Shown piece after piece: positions 1 through 13,185 of a stretch of DNA of 64,000 nt. Position 1 is the first letter of the stretch. Every line of letters begins with the position of its first letter. The notes under the pieces were generated by a model. The model worked only from the letters and a program-made list of their open reading frames with translations. It was not told the DNA's origin and searched no databases. This DNA comes from Tubulanus polymorphus (taxonomy: Eukaryota; Animalia; Nemertea). Made by a program: the position numbers and the translations under genes. The stretch is taken from positions 13,400,655-13,464,654 of the forward strand of contig NC_134033.1 of assembly GCF_964204645.1 (NCBI RefSeq). Reading direction: 5' to 3'.

Positions 1-2474
1 CCTCATTGAGCTCATAAGATTCCTATCAACGAATTCAGATCCATCCAATTGTTCACGCATAATATATGTCCGAGAAGCAGACAATAAGTGCTGTACAAGC
101 TTTGCCACTGTTGTGTTAAATATCTGCCAACACCTTTCACCAGCTCTGCAATAATCAGCTGTCTCCAGCAATGGCGCCAAACAACAATATCTATTTCTTC
201 ACATTCGCATCTTCGCTGTGATTGAAATCCACCATTTTCCAATTCTTCATCTTCGACAAATGTCCATGATCAAAGTCCATAGAAATCACGCGCAAATTAA
301 CAGAAGTATGGCGGGATGTAAGGAGACAAAAGCGACAATTTTCATCAAACACGTCATTTGACGAGATCTACCAATTCCGATATAATAGAACCGACGCAAC
401 CAATCCAAATGAACTTACCCGGATTCAGACACTACATGATCTACACGAATTTGTTCATCCAAACATTGCTGTGACAAGCGACGCAAGAATTCGGCTCCAG
501 CTCTGAATTACGTAAATACCAACATGTTAGAAAAACGACTGATATGCCTTTTGTGCATCAGCAGTTTTTGTCAGGTTTTCAAGATTTGCATATTCAAAAC
601 GGGTAATGATTTAGTGACAGGCACTTCAACTATCACAGGTTATATGGGCTTAATGAAAGCATACCTTACGTCTAGCGCATGATGCTATGACAAGAAAAAT
701 ACATGATGATAGACTACTCACCGTCTTTCACTGCTATCCAAATTACTACTTTCATTCAAATACTGTCTTGACAGACGTCTAAACAACAGGTCAGCATGAA
801 CTGGACTAAAGAATACGATAACAGCTATCACAAATCTATTATCAGCCGAAGTATGTTCATATTTTTTTAAAGGGTCATACATTTATTGAAAGAGTACCGT
901 GGCATTTTATGAAGATCAAATGAAGCAAAGAAGCGTCATTCGATCGGCGAAATGATTCAGGCAGAGCAGAGTTCAACGATTGCGACGATTTGCCTCAATA
1001 TTAGTAAGCGAAAATCTTAAACGGCAGAGAGAACTGAAGAAGCGTTCACGCGAAAAACTAATCGTCGATATTCTTATTTCGGGAGCCAAAGATGAATGGA
1101 GCCAAAGATGATGGGCCATGCTTAAATGTCGAATACTCATGCAGCGATGTGGACAAGAAAAAACATAAGGCGTAAAATGTAAAATCAAAAGACAAACCAT
1201 TTCAGCAATATTCCTTTGCTTGCAACGAGCACGATTGCATAATAATCCTCGATGAGATACATTTAACCAAATTACGAGAATCGGCGAACTTAGAGAAATG
1301 ACCACGAATAACCTGAGCAAAAAATTCCAAAATCAATAGAGAATCAATAATGCCAAAACCAATGGAAGAATCCGCGATGCAACTTGCTATACAGAGTACC
1401 AACGGTAAAATACGTTTCATGAATGCGGTATATGCTGAATATTGACTTACTGCTGTTCTGAGCCAAACTGAGGAGAAACGCTGCGCTCTCTTTTCTCAAC
1501 TTGGAGATAATGAGGATCTGAAATACCTCGCCTCGGTGTTCGGTCAAATTTACAAAGTTCTTGCAGATGAAATGGAGAAATGTCACTTTTCCTCATATCA
1601 TCGCCGCCAAAGGCAACCGGGGACATGCTATGGCTCTGATTAGTCCACGTATCTGGTTCCAAATAGCTAGTTAGTTGAACAGTTGGTACAGATGGGTTCC
1701 AAGCCGATCCAGTACGTCTGTTATGTTCGTCGCTGTCGTCAATTGTTGTATGCAATTCATCGCGTGCAGGTGCAATTAATTGTCTTATAGGACCACACAA
1801 AATCTGACGAACAGCCATAGATCTAGCAAAATGTAATTACATGTGTATTGAAAAGAAGTTATGAGCTGCACGACTCATTACATCTTCAATTCGTAGTGAA
1901 AATGGTGTGTTATTTTGTTGTCTAATATTGATATAGTTACAATAACCGTTTCAAGGAATATTTCTGGTGGTTAGAATGCCTATATCCACAACCCCACTTA
2001 CCTGGTGTCATAGTTTATCTGCTGGCTCCATAACCCACACAGCAAATTGGCTAGCTACTCACCCACCTAGTGCACTCACTATCTGTGCTTAGTTCTACCA
2101 AATGATTAAATATAATGACAAAAGCTTTTTTTTATTAGATTCCCAATGGCCAGGATAACTGGGGGATCATCCCACAAAGCAGCACGCAGCATTCTAAGAT
2201 ATATGTCAAGGAGACCAATGCACCTACTATGCACAGATTGGCCCGTAGCTTGACTGACCAAAACATTTACAAAATTTCATTCTCACAGATAGAATGTTTA
2301 TGACACTAAAACAAAGATGGCTGCTAGAGGTTGGTATTTCACAATCAAAAAAAAAAAAGAAGAGAAACATATCATTATTCCATAAGAATATATGTATAAT
2401 TTATATGCAAGTGTTAACTACTAATGCACCGAACGTCAGGCCTACTATCACATCATCAATACTAATAATAAATA

Positions 2475-2684
<210 letters not shown>

Positions 2685-5503
2685 GTAAAAGTTTGACTGA
2701 TTGACGAGAAAAACATCAACTCAATCTGTAAATGACAAGTAATGACAATCAACCATCTCTATGAGCATTCGTATACAGGATAAAGTGATGCAGCAGGGAA
2801 TAAGAAGTGTGAAGTGTATGGAATATATATGCAGGAATTTAGAAGAGTAAGCGTAAGCGTATTCTAACTATCCTTATAGCACAACATGCCACATCTCTTT
2901 TAATTTCAATCATAGGTTCTTCGTTTTGTTCGATAGAACGTGTCAGTGAATCTCTGAGGAGATTTCATTCATCGAATCTGAAACGCGACTAAACTACTGT
3001 CGGAAAATGCCTAATTTCATCATCAATGTGGCACGATGTGCGGTGAATGAAAATACTTTTGGGATGGTAAAGATGGTTCCCCTTAAAAAGCCGAATACAA
3101 AACTAATAGCTACGTTCACGCAATGATTTCATTAATTAACATTATTCGTTATAAACTCCTTGTAATAATAATGCGTACAGGTATACTTATAAGCAAGCGA
3201 GTTTATAAGTGGAACTTCCATTTTAATATAGAGTTCAGTTCGAGTTAAGCCTGTCAAATAGATTACTATACGCTTAATGAATGAATGAATTGTCTACACC
3301 TAGTAAACCTTTCAAGCAACTGCGTCGGATTTCATCAGTTACGCGAAGTAAATCTCGAGTCAATCTGAATCGTATCGTCCTTGCAATCCGAAGGAAGGCT
3401 TTTCGAGCCTATTACTATAATTATTATGAAATACATGTATGCTTTATACGTAAAGCGTAACTAATACTAGGATAAACATGTCTGAAAAAAAATAAACGCG
3501 AACATTTGCAAATTGATCGTAAACCATATATGGTTAATGATGTTGTGCGCGAGATAAACAGCTTGTCCTACGCACATGGAGAAGTCTAGGATATGTTAGA
3601 TAATGTATACTGCTAGTGGATATTGGATTTGTCTGCATACTTGAAACCTTGTAGTAACATAATATAAAACTTGTCACGAGCCACTAATTTTCAGTTGAAT
3701 ATCGTCTAGAAATTTCACTGTCGTTGTCGATGACAGTGAGCAAAGAAAAATAACCGTCTGTCGGCCATTTTGAGCGTTTAATCTCGGTTCTCTTTGGTGC
3801 GGACTTACAAGAAAAAATGAATGTAATTTCAAGGCCTAACACCTTCTCCCGGGTATAGTTTATCAATTAGGGCCTCGAAATGGCCCGATTTATAGATTAA
3901 CCAAACATGGCCGCCGATCGGCCGTGCGGTACAACAGACGCCCGAATCTTGAGTGAACGCAGCTAACCTAATCATTTGATTTCGATCGCTAAAGCGGGAA
4001 CCAACTTTCTCTCGGTAAACAGTAACTCACCGTCGTTCCGCATTATTGATACCAGACTCGTCCCATTCACCACCCCAATACTGACGAGATAGGCGGCGCC
4101 ACAAATTACCACTGGCACTACGAGAGGCAGAGCAAAGAACAATGACAGATAGCGAAATAGCAATTTTGGTTTGCGATATAGCTATTGGCTGGATATATAC
4201 GGTTTAGGTGTCGTGTGTGTTTCAATAATCAGCAATTGATGAAAGCGTATAACTCTATATAAGAATCATAAAACTAACTGATTTGTCCAGAGGGTCTTAT
4301 AATCTAAGGTGACAACTAACAGCCCATCAATGATTATTTGTCGGATACCGGTGAACCAGGTACAAAACACCTCTTCCAGTACTCAAAATCAATCCTTATT
4401 CTTTCCATTCACCAGATCCGTTAAGAATCGTAAAACTACACAGCAGATCTAGAGCGCTGTGACAAGGGAATCGGCACGTATGGAACCAGTAAGAAAGAAA
4501 GTAAGATGTATCCCCAACTTAAAGACCCTTAATTTTTGGTAGCTCTAATATCAGGGATTATATAATCATACTATTACTAGTCTGTCCTAGGCATTTATCT
4601 TTCCAAAGCGAGAGAATGCTTCGCGACAAATGGTGTGTTCCAGGGCCTTCATGCTAAACCCATTGAAGCTATGTACAGCTGCTTATATACAACCGTTTTA
4701 TTCACAATGACTTCAACTAAATCATTTCTATCATAATTAACGTGACATGATATCATTAAAACTCAACCGAGGTCATCGTCATTTACTTCTGTTTTATGCG
4801 TGAATATCTCTGTATAAAAGGCTCCGGTATCATGCCACAAAGCAAGAGTGTGAGTTTCAAGTAGAAAATGTGAAGGAAAAATAGAGTACTATTGCTTTCC
4901 TCTAGATAATATAGCGAACTAACATCTGTGCTAACCTGGAACAAAAGTATGCATTTATGCAGACAAAAGCTAAGCCAGTGTTGCATTCCTAATCTGTAAC
5001 AAAAACTTAATAATTCCTTGATAGAAGAGTTTCCTCAATGAAATTAAGTCAGATGAAACAAAATGATCCGAACCACCACGTAATTATAGTATTCCAGAAT
5101 AAGGTAAAACGTTTTAAGATTGTATTTCTAAGCAGTCCCACAGTCAGTCAAAAATGAATCTGAAAACTCGGCATCAGTCTATGAGTCTCAATTCAATTCA
5201 GGACATAAGAAATGGTAACAAATTTTTAAAAGGTTTAAAATAAGTTCCTAACTTCTCCGATAAAGGTAGTCATTAGTGCCGAGTAAAGCCGCGCCCGGGC
5301 CTCTACATAGTCACTCGCCAAGGGTGGCGTTTAACCCCGAGTCAAGCCGTATAGTCGCTACACCCCTTCAAACTAGGTAATAAACTACTGCTCCGGTTTG
5401 ATTTACCCCCTGGGTTTACGGATAAATGTTGCCCTCTCTGATATCACCTCACAGATAATGCCCTAGACTTATCCCGAAATGGGTAAGCCTGAAAACAACA
5501 TAC

Positions 5504-7272
5504 CTTTCTTCCTTATCATCCTTCGTATCGCTGTCTTTCTTCGGACTACCGAGCGCTTCTGGAATGCCGACCATGCTCTCCAACAAATGAGCCGAACTGA
5601 GCGAGCCGCCGGTAGCGCCCATTAAAGCCTCCATCGATAACACCGATTGTTTTTCGGAACTACCTCCTGCGGCTCCTCCGCTCGCGCCGGTCGTGAATGC
5701 GCTCATATCGACGTTCAGATTGTTCACGTTAACGGTCGTCTGCTGCGATTGTTCGCTCGATTCGTTCAACGACGCGATCTTATCGCGTAACGACGCCAGC
5801 GCGCTCGTACCCGGGTTGGAATGAACGTATTCTAAAAGTTCTTTCAGTTGGTCCGGCGTCGACGGCAACATCTGCTCGAAACCGACGCCGCCTTGAGGCG
5901 GATTATTCGCCATCTTCGCCGACGTCTGGCCTCCTCCGCCGGTTTTCGACTGTTCTTGTTGCTGAGGTACTTGCAGATTCTGTTGCGGGTTATTATTCTT
6001 GGTCATGGATGCTTTGCTACTTTCCGAGTCGCCCGGTATCTGACTAGCGAGGCCGGTGTTCGAATTCACCGGAACGGCAACCGCCGGACTCGGACTGCCG
6101 GCGTTCGCGTTGTGCTGTTGTTGTTGCGCGGCGGATATATCTTGTTTCGTGACGCTCGTCTTTTTCGCGATATCCGCGACCGAAGACGAAGCGCTGACGT
6201 ATTCGACCGAATTCGAATTGCTAACATTCACCGACGTGCCGGATAAATGACCGGCATCCGATGTAGAAACAGTCACCGTAGTCGGTTTATTGTAAACAGT
6301 CTCACCGCCGGAAGGTTGCGCCGACTGACTGGCACCGAGTACGGAATTACTATCGCCGCTGTTTAGAGCGTAATCTTGAAGACTCGTTTGCGTCGTGAAG
6401 ACGACGTCTGACGGCCGGACGGACGCCCCGTGCGCGTTCGTGTACAATTCACAATTCTGTTGGGTATAATCGGGCGTCGTTATCGGAATAAAATCGCTAA
6501 CGTTAGTTAATGTTTTCGATTGAGATATATAATCGGCAACCGAATTCGACTGATGATTCGGTCCGTTCTGGTAACCTACACCGGCGCCACCGTCGGCTAG
6601 ATTGTTCACATCCAACGCCGGAACTATTATCACATGTTCGCAGTCAGTAAACGCGGGTAAATTCGTGAGGAGCGGATTCTTACTCGGATCGTCGACGCCG
6701 TGAACGAAATGAATCGAACTCGACGCGCTTGAATTACCCGACCCGCCGACCTCGCGATCGGTATCCATTCCGCCGCGACTCTCGCTACTCTTATCGGACG
6801 GCGGGTCGAAAAAATCGAAACACACCCAGCGTCCACGTTTGAACGGTTCTTTGCTCTCGATTTTCACGACTCGGAATCGAGATTGAGGGTCGGCAACAGC
6901 CGTCGACGGCTTGCTACCGAGTTGCAGCGTATCTTCCGACGACGGATCCAATTCCATGTCGGTCGTCTTCGACCAATCTAAAATCTCCGAACTGATATCC
7001 TCGGTATGAGTATCGTCGAGATCGTCCATACTGTCGGCGTCCGGGTCGTCGCGGAGATGTTCTAACGCGACGGCTCCACGCGTCGTCACGCTCGTTATTT
7101 GAAAAGCGCTACGTTTCTTCGTCGTCGCTTCGAGTAGGTGTTTATTTTGACTGAAGAATCGTTCTTCGTTCTCTCGAATCTGATCGACGAAAGGGACACC
7201 TTGACCTTCGATAGTGGTGTTTGCCGCCATTTTTTCAGATTCTGGTCTTCTACCGAGTGGTATATCAGCCAT
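5504..7272 (-). CDS. TSC22D1: TSC22 domain family / bunched (BunA-like) long isoform, first coding exon; gene continues beyond position 1
   Basis: The 607-aa ORF contains conserved motif 1 (KKRSAFQITSV) and motif 2 (SRFRVVKIESKEPFKRGRWVCFDF) of long TSC22D/BunA isoforms, followed by a low-complexity S/Q/G region. Donor GAA AG|gtatgt at 5504/5503. No TSC-box (AIDNKIEQAMDLVK-like) exon was seen in 1-5503. The symbol is a family-level assignment. Confidence 0.88.
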
Positions 7273-7599
7273 AGGATACGACTAGAAATGCCAACAATTC
7301 TGAAGACCTACCTTTACGAGCGAGTGAAGCCTTGCGTGGATGTTATTCCGATGGCGATTGATAATGGATGATGGCTTCTCTCCACCCCACACACTGATAC
7401 GCGTTTTCTCACCCAATGTCAGTGTATTCTCGCTGCACCAATTCCATTTCCAAATGCTGTAGTATTTCAGTGTCACACAGGTTCAAACTCCGATAATCCG
7501 TCGTCGATATTAGGGACAAATTGTAAAAATCTTGTTTTCTTCATGTGTTAGAGGCGAACCTTTTCACTGAAACTTGCAGACACTAGTTCGTAGGCGTCA

Positions 7600-7920
7600 G
7601 ATTATCGGTGACGTCACTGTAACGTTTCGGGAAACAATAACATTAGCACGTGTAGGTTCACGAGACGTGTATATTTTTAGGTTTTAAGACACGAATGGTT
7701 GCAGTGTCAAAAATAGACTTGTCGTATCCTATTTTGATTTGTATAATTTATCAAACTATGAAAATATATTTTGGATTAGAGCTCATTAACGCGCGGTTCC
7801 GGTCATGTCTAGTGACGTATCGACATTCGTGTCTAGGATCTAATAATGACCAGCTAAAGCTAGCAGCCATTTTGTAAGTGATGCATTGTGGGAATGGAAT
7901 TACCTCATATTTCCGGTGGG
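7600..7920 (-). promoter_or_regulatory. Putative TSC22D promoter with CRE, E-box, YY1-like, ZNF143/Staf-like and ETS-like motifs
   Basis: GTGACGTCAC 7608-7617; CACGTG 7647-7652; GCCATTTTG 7866-7874; TTCCCACAATGCATC on the - strand 7880-7894; TTCCGG 7797 and 7911. All lie 330-650 bp upstream of the ATG. Function is inferred. Confidence 0.5.
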
Positions 7921-9792
7921 TTCGTCTGCTAAAATGTCAACCACAACCTACCGAAACAGGGTTATATTTCTGATTGCATCCACAAATATGTCTCCGTGAT
8001 GCTGATGAAAAAAGCTATAAACAATTCAAATAAATCGGGATTCGAACTCAAAATTTGATCTTGCAATTTTAGTACTGGATGAAATGTAAAAGGAATTTTC
8101 GTTTCGTTTTCCGAAGTTCAATTAATTTTGAGCAATCTACAATCTTGCTAACCTGTATCATATGTATATTTCTAATTTTCTATGTCTCGTAATTTCTTTC
8201 TGGAGAATTTGTAAAGGTCCCCGCCGCGCATCTTGGGGACGGGGACTTCGTGAGTTTCTTTATCGCACAGAACGTTACGTTACTCATATTGTTATTATAA
8301 CAAAGACTGTACTTACTTTGTTTTTTTTTCGCCGAATTTTCTGTAGTTTTTTTCCCACAGAAAACTATCGAGATTCGAACTCTAATCTTGCCAAAACGAG
8401 GAAACCAGACATTGACAAAAAATTAAAAAATTATTTCCTGACGTTAATCCCGAGTTTGCAATTACGTTTTCTTTGTTTTGAGTATTTCTGTGAGTTATTT
8501 GCTAACAGAAATCTAACCTAGACTATATTTTTGACAAATCTAAGTCCCTGGTGAAATTGCAAAATAAAGCGCGTCTCCCGAGGACAGGAAATTTGGACTT
8601 TTTCTGGAATGCTTTTTCTCGTTGTTCAGGCCTTACCTAGGCCTATATACTTTTTTCCGGAGAAAAATGAATACCTTAATGTATTCTGTTATGAGGCTTT
8701 TGTTCAACTTGATGTGATTTGACTAAAAGGAAGGGCGATTGATGTTGCTTTAAACTTTTATCAAGTGCATGGCGAGTATAAATTCATCTCGCAATTTTTA
8801 TTCATGATAATTTAATGAACCCTCAACGTTTGTCTATATAAATAAATCCATTACGCTGACAAATATAATTGCTGTCAACGCGCGACAGTAAACGCGCGCT
8901 CGTGGTTTCCAGTCAGGGCTGTTTGTAGTGGTAGGTCGTAGCAACGGCTGGTTTTACTGGGATATATATCATAGGAAATCTACCCACCGTTCTAGAGGAT
9001 TATTCTCAAAGAAAGGTATTGCTTTTTGAACTAATGCGCAAAATGATTACTCGATCAAAATGTTCATTGTTTTAGCGGCTTAACGCAAGGGTATATTCAC
9101 GGATGACTGCACAAAATTATTTTTGAATACGTTAAGTTCTCAATGCATGATACATGTATAGCAATACCGGTAATGGCGGCAAAGATAATAAAGTAAATCG
9201 ATATTCTGTTTTAAAAAATGACCGCGTTTACGTAGGACTTCTTGTATATACAGTGTAAGTCTGTATATTATATAAAGAGGATGTAGGCATTTCCCGATTT
9301 CAGGAGATACATCATAATTTCTAATGTCTATGCGCTCGTAGAACCGAATCTACTAAGCCGGAATTTGGGTTTATTGCCATGAGTGCGAGGAATGATAAGC
9401 GTACGCCAAAATTAAAAATGTGTATTTAATCTATGGATATCAGCCTGACAAGATTTTTTTCGCACCAGTGTTCGCCGTATGAAAATGTATGTTGTGTGTG
9501 TGTGTAAATGTTCTAGAATAAAACCGCCTTTCACCGTGAAGTGATGTTTGTTCGCGTTTAGAAACGACAAAGAAAACTCGTTTCCAATTCTACAATGATT
9601 TGACGAGCTCGAATTTTATCACGATTTCTAAAAATTACCATTTGCATTCAAAATAAAGTATTCAAAAACAGAAATTCATTACATTCGCTGTTATTCCAAC
9701 TGACATCGAGTTTTTATTCGTCAAATTCTTTACATATATATGCATAATTTTCAACGGATTGGTAGCTCTGAAGGCCTAACAGATAACAGATT

Positions 9793-10051
9793 CATGGGTG
9801 GATCCAGGAATTTGGGCAGAGGGGACCAAGCGCGCAGTTTTTTCCCAGGTATATTTAGATACAATTTATATCAAGGAAAAATGTATTCATAAACATTTGT
9901 GCATTACATACAGTAATTTCTGGTAGACACCGAAACAGAAATCGATACAGATTTAAATTGTGGTTAGTTCCATCATTAATATGATTCAGAACATTTTCGA
10001 ACACGGAGCAGGGGGTCGAGACCCGCTAAAACCCCCCTTTGTCCGCCCCTG
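9793..10051. mobile_element. MITE-like element with CAGGGGCGGA-type termini (degenerate)
   Basis: Left catgggtggatccag and right gtccgcccctg are imperfect inverted repeats; related end fragments occur at ~19774 (caggggcagattta) and ~21630 (taaatccgcccttg). Confidence 0.5.
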
Positions 10052-10202
10052 TGATTTCTGATGTTTTTCCCATTCCCGCCCGCATCGGGACTCATTTCAT
10101 CATTGAACTCAAAATAAGTTTTCATGACGCCACATCATACTCCTAAACAAGTCGTCTTTTGGCCATAATGGCTACTCATCTATTATATTTACAGTAACAA
10201 CA

Positions 10203-12796
10203 ATGTCTCGACACGTGGCTACACAGGTTTATGAGGACGAAAGTCGTTTGACATCTCATCGAGGAAGCGTAAATGGTGACGAGTGCGGCTCGGTCAGCTC
10301 ATACGGGCACAAACACGAACACAAAACCGCCGCCGAATGTTTCAGGGTATGCACGTATTCATTTTACTTATATATACCTCGAAAAATTGATAAAGACTAG
10401 TCTTTATGAATTTTTGATACCTCGAATAGTTGAGTTTTGTTTTCAAAGAAAGTAGAATACGTAAACACAATCATATTGATTTAATGAGAACGGCTAGTGG
10501 GGTTCCTATAGAATCCAATTCGTATCTTCGGTGTTTTTATTTCTAATGGTCGGTATAGTTTATTTTCAATCAATACCTTTAAGTGGCTTCACAAACATGT
10601 GATTTAGGCTTCAAATCATTATATGATCGATAAGGATTGTGTGTGAACTTGTTTGAATTTTTTAACCATCATTCTAAAACTGCCACGGAAAGAACCCCTT
10701 CCCGTAAGATATCAGCTGTACGGGGACATTTCTTCTAACATTTGAATTTTATACACACATTTTCAATAAAACTCAGAATCGTCACGAAATTATATTACAG
10801 TGAATCCGGGGATATATTTGCGCCAAAATCTAACACGTATCCAACACAACAGTCCAATAATCTTTTTCGCAGGGACTTATCACAATATTGACACTGAATG
10901 GATAAAACCAGTATCAATGACCAACCCCTGCAGTATCCCTATATATATATGTAGTTAGTTACCTAATCGGCGGTGGTAAACTTTTATAGTCTGTTTATAG
11001 CTTTTACCAACTTTACGTGGAATGGTTTGTGATAATACCCGATCGTGAAACTAAACCGCAGACTACCCTGTATCACAGTTGCAGGGATACTGGTGCCCCG
11101 ATCATTGGTCTCATACATAATCAAGTTCCTGTGATATTTTTGGCTTCGTTATTGTAACAATTCATTTCTTAAATTTCTAAGATGCCGTCGTTTTTCGTGT
11201 ATTTTTTGTTGTTGACTGTAGCCACCGACGAGGCAGACGGACGAAGTGCTGGTAATCATCTTATTCGGTTCGTCATACTACAATAGATTCAGGAACTCCG
11301 TCATTCGAGAAAGATCGATCATCAAGAACTACGGCGGTCAGATCGTCGGTATCTCAGCCGAGGTATCACCGAGCTTATATACAACACAAAGTTTTATACA
11401 TTGTGCGAATAATAAAAAAATTCTAACTGGATTGATTGCTTATTTTCAGACAACAGTCGAGGAGGGAAACTGGCCGAAAGATAAGGCTATGGGTTTGCTG
11501 AAGTTTCGAAGTTTAAAGGACGCACGTATGTGGTCTGTATGTGACCCGATATGCAAGCAACAGGATTGGTTGGACAGCGTCGATGTGGTTGTAATTCCGC
11601 TTTATCAGCCTATGAATCCTATCAGAGGCACGCATTTATTCCGATTACAGTTTAACAACCGGTGTAATATTCGATACCAATTGTTTCTCCTAAATCGGCC
11701 CGGGTTATTTTGTAAATCGCAATCAAATTTGTAATCAGTTCATTTCTATTGCAGCCGGGTCTGTAATTGTTAGCTTAATAAAAATTAATAATACAGGCTA
11801 TAGTTAGGTGGCCGGCCAGATCAACTTTTAAGCAGGAGAAACAAGGTATCAATTTTTAGCCTAATATACGTTTATAACATTATACATTACAGATGATAAC
11901 AGAGTATTTATCGAGTTGGTTGACGTAGGAGTTCAAGACGCTGATACCTTCTACAAAGGTTATCTAGGACCAGCAATTTCTATTTTGGCCGAAACCAAAG
12001 GAAAGAATATTTCGAACTGCGAAAGTGGTGAAACGGTGAAATTTCGCGGACTATGGGAACCGGGTCACGTGATCATACATCAATGGGATAACCACACCGA
12101 TTTTAGGTGTTTCTACGATTCCGGTATGTACTGCTTGCTCAAACCTGGTTAAACCCTGCCATTCTAGTGCCCGTTCATTAGATCAAGAACATACTTCATT
12201 TTGCCCTATGCAAATTAACACATATAAACACGTATACGTATATGATATACACATACATTTTCAAAAAATAGTATTAACCTCGATCACCTAACTCGACATA
12301 CTGGGCGAACTTCGGTTTTCGTATTCGGTAGTCGTCGACAACCTAACGCGCTGGGAACATCTTGGAACTAGGTCTGAACTACAGCGACCGTGGCTCAGTT
12401 GCGTGGTTCCTGTGAGCAATTATCTAGTTAGATAATTGCTCGTAGGTGGTTCCTACTTCTGGACCATAGTTCCGACTAACTGACATGACATTCGGTTTCA
12501 TTTGGTACGCAAATAGTCGACTTAACTGAAGTTCGCCCCAGGAGCGCGGTTCTAGTTAAGCGAGGTCCGAGTTGAGGAATGGAAGAAATATGTCGGAAGT
12601 CAGAAAATAGTTTTTCGCTTTTTGTCCGAGTTCGGTGTGTTATAACTGATTGTTATAACTGATTACACATTTATTTTCTACAATCATCGACGCAGGTTAA
12701 TCTCTTTCAGATGCATACAGAGATTACAAAAAATGTCGCCAGTCTGCTACTGAATCATCGGTGATCACGTGTGAACTCGTGGCTGTTATGCAATAA
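10203..12796 (+). CDS. Uncharacterised tandem DUF1330-like (dimeric alpha-beta barrel) protein, 5-6 coding exons
   Basis: Exons 10203-10346, optional 10873-10910, 11222-11362, 11450-11627 (or -11663), 11893-12123, 12711-12796 (TAA). The spliced product has two DUF1330-like repeats: IIKNYGGQIV...EEGNWP...LLKFRSLKDARMW and ILAETKGK...FRGLWEPGHVIIHQWDNHTDFRCFYDSDAYRDYKKCR. The start codon and one donor are uncertain. Confidence 0.72.
12274..12578. mobile_element. Degenerate MITE-like intronic element
   Basis: Inverted pair tgggcgaacttcggtt (~12302) / aactgaagttcgccc (~12524) with weaker outer inverted similarity; contains the 36-bp hairpin insert. Confidence 0.4.
12403..12454. mobile_element. 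Ultra-short hairpin insertion (36 bp) with flanking direct repeat
   Basis: ctgtGAGCAATTATCTA-gt-TAGATAATTGCTCgtag (12410-12445) flanked by a direct repeat gtggttc (12403-12409 and 12446-12452). Confidence 0.6.
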
Positions 12797-12888
12797 ACTG
12801 CGGGGGATGACGAGTTCAATGGTCGCAGGTGCCACTCGTATTAAACTCGTCAGCTGTGTATTACAAATTACCCGCTCGTCTCGTGAAT

Positions 12889-13185
12889 TACGGTAGAACC
12901 TCGTTACAACACGGTCCAGTTTCACGAAAAAGTTCAACTCAAAAAATCTTTGTTTTTACGGTCCTTTTGGTTACTTCACGTTTTCGGATCAAACCTTAAA
13001 TGTTTTCAGCTTAAAACTTTTTTCCGTGGAACGGGACCCAGAAAATACGCTCATTCATACTGATAGTTCGTTATATCCAGTATGAAATCATTAGAATTAT
13101 GCTATTCGGGAGGATATTATATTCTAGGTTTGTAATAACCGATAAATCGGTATCCGAGGTGGTTATAACGGGGTTCCACTCCGTA
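12889..13185. mobile_element. Tc1/mariner-pogo-type MITE (TA-flanked, CAGT-like TIR) in the DUF1330 gene 3' region
   Basis: TA-cggtagaacctcgttacaac ... gttataacggggttccact; the internal segment gatagttcgttatatccagtatgaaat is shared with the element at 22143-22277. Confidence 0.55.

Noticed and set aside
5449-5503. C-terminal YVVFRLTHFGISLGHYL of the 607-aa ORF
   Set aside because: Read-through into the intron past the AG|gtatgt donor.
7138-7371. ORF ending MAIDNG, resembling the TSC-box start AIDN
   Set aside because: Wrong strand and position relative to the TSC22D exon, and no following KIEQAMDLVK; a chance match.
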